A DNA stretch of 34,457 nucleotides from a virus (lineage: Duplodnaviria > Caudoviricetes): IMG/VR virus record IMGVR_UViG_3300017913_000091, positions 1 to 34,457 of that record. One strand, 5' to 3'. Of this stretch, positions 28,693-34,457 are shown in pieces; within the stretch, counting starts at the first letter, position 1, and the number at the start of each line of letters is the position of its first letter. The notes below the pieces were generated by a model that saw only the letters and a list, made by a program, of their open reading frames with translations, was not told the DNA's origin and searched no databases. The translations under genes were made by a program, and so were the position numbers.

Positions 28693-28975
28693 GCAAATGA
28701 CACCAATCATTATTGCTCTTGTCGGGTCGGCGGGTCTGTGGGGCTTATTATCTCTTAAAGCAAAGCAAAACTTTGAGAAAGCCCAGAAAGACGATGCACG
28801 TTCCGCAGAGTTTAACGAAACACTAAAAGAACAAGTAGACCGTTTGGCAATAAAACTGGATGCACTACAGGCTGACAAAGAAGAACTACTACGTGAGATG
28901 TCAGATGTTAAGGCACAACTGGCAGAGGCTAATGCAACCATTAAGCACCTAGAAGAACTGCTACGATCCCGATGA
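28682..28975 (+). CDS. Membrane-anchored coiled-coil protein (holin- or spanin-like)
   Basis: N-terminal TM segment followed by a heptad-rich region. Confidence 0.6.
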   Translation: MTLEQMTPIIIALVGSAGLWGLLSLKAKQNFEKAQKDDARSAEFNETLKEQVDRLAIKLDALQADKEELLREMSDVKAQLAEANATIKHLEELLRSR

Positions 28976-29121
28976 TGTGTATGTTGTTCATGGTAGGGTT
29001 TGGACATTCGTTTATTGACGGGTACTACAAATCTTGCCTATACAAATGCGAAGATAATACCCGACGATATTATAGAGTTGATCCCGATTATATATGCCCT
29101 AAGAGGATAGAGGATGATTGA
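28972..29121 (+). CDS. Small Cys-containing protein (49 aa, not in the ORF track)
   Basis: MMCMLFMVGFGHSFIDGYYKSCLYKCEDNTRRYYRVDPDYICPKRIEDD; ATGA overlap upstream and overlap with the next start. Confidence 0.6.
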   Translation: MMCMLFMVGFGHSFIDGYYKSCLYKCEDNTRRYYRVDPDYICPKRIEDD

Positions 29122-29581
29122 CCCATTAACAGCATTGTCGGTAGCATCCACTGCCGTAAGTCAAATGAAGCAACTTATAAATGCTGGTCGTGATACTACA
29201 CAGGCACTGTCTAAATTTGCTGGTGCTTGGGCAGACATCAATGAAGCTGAACGACAAGCAAAGAACCCACCTTGGTATAAGACCTTTAGTGGTTCACTAG
29301 AAGAACAGGCTGCACAAGCCTTTGCCTGTAAGAAAAAAGCTGAAGCCCTTAAAGCTGACCTAGAAAACATGATAAGATTTGTGCATGGTCCAAAAGGTCT
29401 TGAAGAATACAAAACCATCTTGCGTAATATGCGTAAGCAAAAAGAAAAGACAGAGTTCCGTAAGGCTAAACTTAAACAAGCTATAATAGAATGGGTTTTC
29501 GGCGTGATTGTATTTTTGTTAGCAGGTGTAATATTAACAACTGTTATTTATGTGGTAGGTAAGGGGCAAGGTAAATGGTGA
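29114..29581 (+). CDS. Helical protein with a C-terminal TM segment
   Basis: MIDPLTAL start, AGAGG SD, C-terminal hydrophobic helix. Confidence 0.7.
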   Translation: MIDPLTALSVASTAVSQMKQLINAGRDTTQALSKFAGAWADINEAERQAKNPPWYKTFSGSLEEQAAQAFACKKKAEALKADLENMIRFVHGPKGLEEYKTILRNMRKQKEKTEFRKAKLKQAIIEWVFGVIVFLLAGVILTTVIYVVGKGQGKW

Positions 29582-29808
29582 CACCTGAATGGTTAGACAA
29601 GTGGCGCATATGGCCTAGACTTATTATCACGTTGTACGGCTATGCTTTCTACCAGACAACAAACTGGTTTATGGCCCTTGAGGACCCGTCAAATGCACAG
29701 GCAGGTTTCGTATCTGTAATCGTAGGTGCTGGGGCAGGTTTTTATGGGATATATGTAAATGGTAAATCGTCTGATACTCGTAGTTCTACTAACGTCAACG
29801 TTAAGTAG
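29575..29808 (+). CDS. Holin-like two-TM protein
   Basis: LDKWRIWPRL and PSNAQAGFVSVIVGAG motifs. Confidence 0.65.
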   Translation: MVTPEWLDKWRIWPRLIITLYGYAFYQTTNWFMALEDPSNAQAGFVSVIVGAGAGFYGIYVNGKSSDTRSSTNVNVK

Positions 29809-30097
29809 TTGTGGGCTTACGTCCCTAATTCCCACTGGCGGGGGACCTAACGTAGCTGCTAACACACAGATAGGCAAAGAGAACTACCAAGGGGTCACGA
29901 CAAGTGTTGATACGTCAGTCAGGCCAGTCCTTAGACCAGAGGGTCCCGTAGAGACTGTACAACAGGACAACAGTACGACAAACAACACTGAGGTAGACCC
30001 ACTGCTGCTAATCCTTTTGGTGCTTGGGTGGCTTGCTCCTAGCCCCAATGAGATAGCAAGAGGTATAAGAAGCCTGTTCACTAGAAAACAGGACTGA
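29759..30097 (+). CDS. Lipoprotein with C-terminal TM segment (unimolecular-spanin-like)
   Basis: Signal peptide with lipobox LSSC; C-terminal LLLILLVLGWL. Confidence 0.65.
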   Translation: MVNRLILVVLLTSTLSSCGLTSLIPTGGGPNVAANTQIGKENYQGVTTSVDTSVRPVLRPEGPVETVQQDNSTTNNTEVDPLLLILLVLGWLAPSPNEIARGIRSLFTRKQD

Positions 30098-30104
30098 TAA
30101 AACT

Positions 30105-30143
30105 AAAGAACCCCCCTAGGAATTAACCTAGGGGGGCTTTTTT
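30105..30143. terminator. Rho-independent terminator between convergent operons, probably bidirectional
   Basis: cccccctagg (30111-30120) and cctagggggg (30127-30136), T6 tract on +, A-rich 5' flank. Confidence 0.9.
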
Positions 30144-30147
30144 GTGT

Positions 30148-30345
30148 CTAAATTTTCATTAGGATCAGCATAGCTTTTAGCTTGGCTTCATCAAAGTGTG
30201 AGAAATAATCATACAACTGATTTTCCACTGTGGCATCTTTAGAGTCAAAGGATGCACTGGATCGCATTAGTGGTAAGTTCTTCTCTATGCGTTCTACCAT
30301 ACCTGCTATGTGACTGGCTAATTCCCTTGCGGGACTGTCACTCAT
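30148..30345 (-). CDS. Hypothetical protein
   Basis: 65 aa, last gene before the terminator. Confidence 0.55.
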   Translation of the reverse strand: MSDSPARELASHIAGMVERIEKNLPLMRSSASFDSKDATVENQLYDYFSHFDEAKLKAMLILMKI

Positions 30346-30487
30346 CGTGTGTCATACCCAACTTGGACATACACATAGCTACACCTTCGTACAACATCTC
30401 TACGTCCTTCTCTGCTTTACCGATACGATATAATGCCCAAGCATTGAAACCCAGACTTGCAATTAGTAGACCTTCTATAATGGTCAT
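30338..30487 (-). CDS. Small membrane protein (49 aa, not in the ORF track)
   Basis: MTIIEGLLIASLGFNAWALYRIGKAEKDVEMLYEGVAMCMSKLGMTHDE; AGGAG SD; fills the gap and overlaps both neighbours. Confidence 0.65.
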   Translation of the reverse strand: MTIIEGLLIASLGFNAWALYRIGKAEKDVEMLYEGVAMCMSKLGMTHDE

Positions 30488-30744
30488 TTACGCTCCTGTT
30501 GTTGAATTAGTGCTTCCAGATACCATCGGGCTTTCTTAAGGTCCTCTACGCCATTCTTGTATCGCCATCGGTGTAGATACTTTGCCACATTCCCACGGTA
30601 GTACCCAATCAGTTCTTCGTCAGTTAAGACATCTTTGATGTACTCAATGCACTCTATAGAGCCTTGTCCGTAGTGTGCGGGTTTGTTTACGTTGTCACGT
30701 TCCATAGATCGTTGTCGTTCCTCTATCGTCATAGGTGAAATCAT
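30484..30744 (-). CDS. DUF3310 protein (T7 gp1.7-like nucleotide kinase family)
   Basis: DNVNKPAHY, IECIEYI, GNVAKYLHR...KNGVEDLKKARWYL. Confidence 0.9.
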   Translation of the reverse strand: MISPMTIEERQRSMERDNVNKPAHYGQGSIECIEYIKDVLTDEELIGYYRGNVAKYLHRWRYKNGVEDLKKARWYLEALIQQQERK

Positions 30745-31445
30745 AAGTTCTCCTTCATAAATACCTTAACCCACTGTGCGCAGATGTCAGAACGTACAAT
30801 GTCCTCAACACCAAACTCAATAATGGGTACAGGTAACATATGCTTCTTTGCTAAGTGAATGACTTTGGATAAACCGTCCGCCTCTTTCAAGTCCGACTGC
30901 TGAACATCGCCATTAAGCACAATAGTAGTTGATTCGCCCACCCTTGTCAACAACATCTTTAATTCGTGTGTCGTGATGTTTTGGGTTTCATCCACAATGA
31001 TAAAAGCATTATCAAAAGAGCGACCACGCATAAGAGCCAGAGGGGCCATCTCAATGTTTCCGTTTTTGATCCCTGTTTCAACTGCACCCTTCCCTAAGTG
31101 TTTCTCTAACACGTCTAGGACTGGTAAGGCCCAAGGCATTGTCTTTTCCTGTAGGTCACCCTTTAGAAAGCCTAGTTCCTTCCCTACGGCAACGTGAGGT
31201 CTTGTGATAACGATTTTATCAATTTCTTTCGTCGTGTAGAGGTCGGCAGCATAAGTCGCCGTAACATATGTTTTACCAGTACCCGCAGGGCCAAGGATAA
31301 AGACTTGCGAATATTCTTTAAACGCATCTAGTAATTCCTTTTGTTTAGCACTACGTGGTACAATCCCAGAGGTTTGTTTCTGGGTCGCACCTTTGTAGTT
31401 AGTTTTTCGTCGGGTACGGGTTTGTTTCTTCGGGGGTTCATCCAT
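30741..31445 (-). CDS. phoH: PhoH-family ATPase
   Basis: GPAGTGKT, ITRP, LGFLKG, MRGRSF, DETQN, LLTRVGE, GDVQQSD, DIVRS. Confidence 0.96.
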   Translation of the reverse strand: MDEPPKKQTRTRRKTNYKGATQKQTSGIVPRSAKQKELLDAFKEYSQVFILGPAGTGKTYVTATYAADLYTTKEIDKIVITRPHVAVGKELGFLKGDLQEKTMPWALPVLDVLEKHLGKGAVETGIKNGNIEMAPLALMRGRSFDNAFIIVDETQNITTHELKMLLTRVGESTTIVLNGDVQQSDLKEADGLSKVIHLAKKHMLPVPIIEFGVEDIVRSDICAQWVKVFMKENL

Positions 31446-31950
31446 ACACTTGTTCCAACACAAGTTTGGCTGTATCTACTGGCATGTTAAACCACTCTCC
31501 TTTGTTGCTTACACCCATCTTTTTACAAATCTTGTGTGCCTTAGTTTCTGCTTTCCTACGGTCATTAACCTTAACAGAAAACTCTAGTTGGTAGTCACGC
31601 ATAGGGCTGCTTGTCTGGTAACCATTCAGACGATCCTCTGCATCAACAGCCATACCTATCTTAACCCAGTTAGGCCATGCAGGGTTTGTGATTACGTACA
31701 CGTAACCCTCTTTAGCTAGTTTGTAGTTTCTTAGGCTTGAGAAAGCTGCATCGTTAAAGGATTTATACCTACCTGCTTTATGTAGTGGGTGATTAGTGGG
31801 TACATACTTTCCGTTTACATACATACGACCATCGTTAAACTCTTTACGACAAGAGTGACAAAGGTATTGACTGTTGTTCTTTTCGTGTTCAGACCAGTTA
31901 TGACCTAACACAAGTTCTGTTGAACACTTATTACAACTACAACTACTCAT
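31438..31950 (-). CDS. GIY-YIG (T5orf172-like) nuclease with N-terminal Cys cluster
   Basis: GYVYVI...VKIG.A...RL..YQT..P, AE..AH, GEWF. Confidence 0.85.
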   Translation of the reverse strand: MSSCSCNKCSTELVLGHNWSEHEKNNSQYLCHSCRKEFNDGRMYVNGKYVPTNHPLHKAGRYKSFNDAAFSSLRNYKLAKEGYVYVITNPAWPNWVKIGMAVDAEDRLNGYQTSSPMRDYQLEFSVKVNDRRKAETKAHKICKKMGVSNKGEWFNMPVDTAKLVLEQVYG

Positions 31951-32167
31951 CCAGATATTCCTTTAGTTCTGTGTAACCACCTATATGTTCTCCCCTAAAG
32001 GTCCAAATCTGCGGTACAGTCTTTATGTCTGCCTTCTTGAACAGGTCTAGTATCCACTTACTTTCCTCTAGGGAGTAGTGACTAACACTACCCCCCTTGG
32101 AAGCGATAAGCTGTTTAGCCTTGTCACAATATGGACAGTTCCGTCTGCTTACCATTACGTACATCAT
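31943..32167 (-). CDS. Glutaredoxin
   Basis: CPYC, TVPQI, HIGGYTEL. Confidence 0.95.
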   Translation of the reverse strand: MMYVMVSRRNCPYCDKAKQLIASKGGSVSHYSLEESKWILDLFKKADIKTVPQIWTFRGEHIGGYTELKEYLDE

Positions 32168-34065
32168 GTCAGGTCTACGATCTCACAGCTATCCCCAGAA
32201 CATGCCATAGTCTGCATACCTGCGGTGTTGTCCTCTTTCTCGTAGTCTGACAGTTTAGACCAATCAATGTCTGTAGGCATTACCGACAACAACATCTCAT
32301 AGTCCGATTTCTCACAGTCCTGATAAGGTGCCTGTTGATAAGTGTGATCAGAGTGTGGCAAGAATGATACACCTGACATCTCATCAAAATGCTCATACAC
32401 AAACGCACCTACAGATACCCACTCATCGTCACGAACTGAGACAGTCACCGATGGTTTATGCTCACACCACGAACGTTGATACGTTAGCCATGTTTCTAGT
32501 TGCTCAATGGCTGTCATGTCGTTACGTGTTACCGCACCTGCTGGGGCTTTCTGTGGGAAGCTGAACACTGTTGTTGTGTCGGGCTTCATCACACAAGGCT
32601 CATTAGGTACACCCTGATCAATCAAGAATTTTGTAAGTGGGTCTTTATTGTCTCCACGCACTGTGCGGATGTAATAAGGGCTGTGACGAGCGTGTATCCC
32701 ACTAGCAGAATCAACAAGTTGGGAGACAGTGCCACTAGGTTTGACACAAGTGATAGCAGCAGAAACAGGGATACCAAGACGTTCAGCCCATTCAGCATTA
32801 GTAGAGATAGCGACATTTTTTAGATGCTCCAATGTTTTCGCCAAGCCAGCATTAGCACTGGTCATTAGCGGGTTGTCCATGATGCCTGTTAGACTTACAC
32901 CTAGCAGACGCTCTTCTTCCGTATTTACCTGCCAGTCCTTAGACAAGTATGGGAACTTTGTATAGGTAGACTGGATCGTACCTAGAATTGTTGCCTGTCG
33001 TACCTTACGTTCAAGGTCCTCTAACGAATCAGTTGCACGTACTACAACTTCCGTCAAGTTGCAAAACTGCGCTGATCTCAAAATTATTTCCGAACATGGA
33101 TTCGTGCCAAAGTTGTGTTCTGAATCACGTCTACCATTTTTAGCTGCTTGCTTCTGTGATGCCTGACGGTTGAAGATGCCACGCTCACCTGACTTACTTT
33201 CGATCAATGCTGTCCATTCACGCATGAATGTCTCTGCATCTGGTTTTTCTGTGTAGGCAACAGAGTTGTTAGCTAAGGCACGATGTCCGTAGTTTTCCCA
33301 CCACTGGCCTGACTTAGCGTGACGCATACGATCATCCGACAGGTTAGACAATGAGATCATAGCAGAACGGCGTACACCACCAACCACAACGATTTCACCA
33401 ATCTTGCACATGATGTCGTGACACTCAATAGACGATAGCTTACGTCCTGTCGCACCTAAGAACTTATCAATCGTAAAGTTGAACAGGTCAACCAAAGGTG
33501 CTGGACCAGATGCCCGACCACCGAATGTCTTTAGTCGTGCGCCAGCAGGTCGTACTTTAGATACATCCCACTGTGGAATTTCACCTGACCACAACAGTGC
33601 TAGAAGCTGACGGTACGCCTTAGCCCAACCTTCTTTGCTGTCCTTGACTACGATTGTCGTATCAGACTTGAATAGCTTTTCTGGGACCTCTGGCAAGTTC
33701 TGAATGTACTGACGTTCAACACTGAACCCTACCCCTGTACCACACAACAGGATAAACATAGCCTCGTCAAAACGCTTAGGCTTGTCTACTGCCACGTAAG
33801 AACAGTTATACATACACGTATTGTCACGTGCTGATGCAGGCCCAGCAGTCATTACAGAACGCATAGATGGCATAACCTGTAGGTCTAGGATCGCATCACG
33901 AATGTCGTTGATGTAGCTATCGTTTCCTGTTAGGGGCTTAACGATATTGTCCATGTAGCGGTCAACTGTCTCTGACCATGACTCACGCTTTTCGCCAGTC
34001 CAACGGGCATAACGTGATAGTGCAATAAAGTTTTGATAGGGGGTAGGGAGCATGTTGTTTGTCAT
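32164..34065 (-). CDS. nrdJ: Class II (adenosylcobalamin-dependent) ribonucleotide reductase
   Basis: YNC, GTGVGFSV, VVGGVRRSA, TNPCSEI, CNL, TCVKPSGT, C-terminal CSGDSC; no beta-subunit gene adjacent in this window. Confidence 0.93.
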   Translation of the reverse strand: MTNNMLPTPYQNFIALSRYARWTGEKRESWSETVDRYMDNIVKPLTGNDSYINDIRDAILDLQVMPSMRSVMTAGPASARDNTCMYNCSYVAVDKPKRFDEAMFILLCGTGVGFSVERQYIQNLPEVPEKLFKSDTTIVVKDSKEGWAKAYRQLLALLWSGEIPQWDVSKVRPAGARLKTFGGRASGPAPLVDLFNFTIDKFLGATGRKLSSIECHDIMCKIGEIVVVGGVRRSAMISLSNLSDDRMRHAKSGQWWENYGHRALANNSVAYTEKPDAETFMREWTALIESKSGERGIFNRQASQKQAAKNGRRDSEHNFGTNPCSEIILRSAQFCNLTEVVVRATDSLEDLERKVRQATILGTIQSTYTKFPYLSKDWQVNTEEERLLGVSLTGIMDNPLMTSANAGLAKTLEHLKNVAISTNAEWAERLGIPVSAAITCVKPSGTVSQLVDSASGIHARHSPYYIRTVRGDNKDPLTKFLIDQGVPNEPCVMKPDTTTVFSFPQKAPAGAVTRNDMTAIEQLETWLTYQRSWCEHKPSVTVSVRDDEWVSVGAFVYEHFDEMSGVSFLPHSDHTYQQAPYQDCEKSDYEMLLSVMPTDIDWSKLSDYEKEDNTAGMQTMACSGDSCEIVDLT

Positions 34066-34067
34066 TA

Positions 34068-34256
34068 TTATTCTTCTTTTCCTCGTCCACGCATTGATTT
34101 ATCTTCGCCTAGCCAGACCAGTCGGTCAATATCGGCACGTGCAATGCCAATGTCAGCTAGTTCTTTGTCTGTTAGTGCATTTAGTTCCTTGATTACACGA
34201 CGATGTTCACGCCACGTCACTACGTAGTTCATCCATCGCCAAAACCATTTAATCAT
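34068..34256 (-). CDS. DUF1127 (YjiS-like) small protein
   Basis: WREHRRVIKELNALTDKELADIGIARADI signature; ATG at 34256 (alternative GTG at 34271). Confidence 0.9.
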   Translation of the reverse strand: MIKWFWRWMNYVVTWREHRRVIKELNALTDKELADIGIARADIDRLVWLGEDKSMRGRGKEE

Positions 34257-34457
34257 CTGTTTTCTTCTCACTCATTGTTATCCTCATTCTAAAACACACT
34301 GTAGCAAACCTTATGGGCCTATAAACCTTTGGAAGCCTATATGCTCTTTCACTTCCCGCTTCTAGGTGGTCTATCACAACACTTCATCCCATCGCTTCTA
34401 GGTAGCCTTGTTTCAGTATCATCAATGATTGCACCGCCGACTGTGCAACTATTATTA

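Noticed and set aside
30252-30539. 95-aa + strand ORF
   Set aside because: Lies beyond the terminator and antisense to tightly packed - strand genes
34290-34457. Possible structured RNA or tRNA (cgcttctagg repeated twice, small hairpins)
   Set aside because: No cloverleaf or T-loop consensus found, and the region is cut by the window edge
1-34457. CTAG appears frequent for a proteobacterial phage
   Set aside because: Impression only, plausibly due to CTA Leu codon preference; it would need an observed/expected tetramer count

Overview
A 34.5-kb segment of a tailed dsDNA phage genome with siphovirus-type tail genes. The host is probably a marine alphaproteobacterium such as a Rhodobacteraceae member, inferred from DUF1127, class II RNR and PhoH. 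The + strand carries the late region: terminases, portal, an ~11-kb fibre/accessory island, prohead protease, scaffold, capsid, neck, tail tube, a frameshifted chaperone, tape measure, tail tip and an extended lysis cassette. It converges at a terminator (~30.1 kb) with - strand metabolism genes (DUF3310, PhoH, GIY-YIG, glutaredoxin, NrdJ, DUF1127). The main find is a candidate collagen-modification system in the island between portal and protease. A fibre gene has 99 uninterrupted Gly-X-Y triplets with all 29 Lys at Y positions and a self-cleaving C-terminal chaperone. About 3 kb downstream, one 605-aa gene fuses a COLGALT-like GT25 domain, a PLOD/LH3-like glycosyltransferase domain and a lysyl-hydroxylase-like domain, matching the three steps of the animal Glc-Gal-hydroxylysine pathway. 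All family assignments come from recognising motifs by eye, not from database searches.
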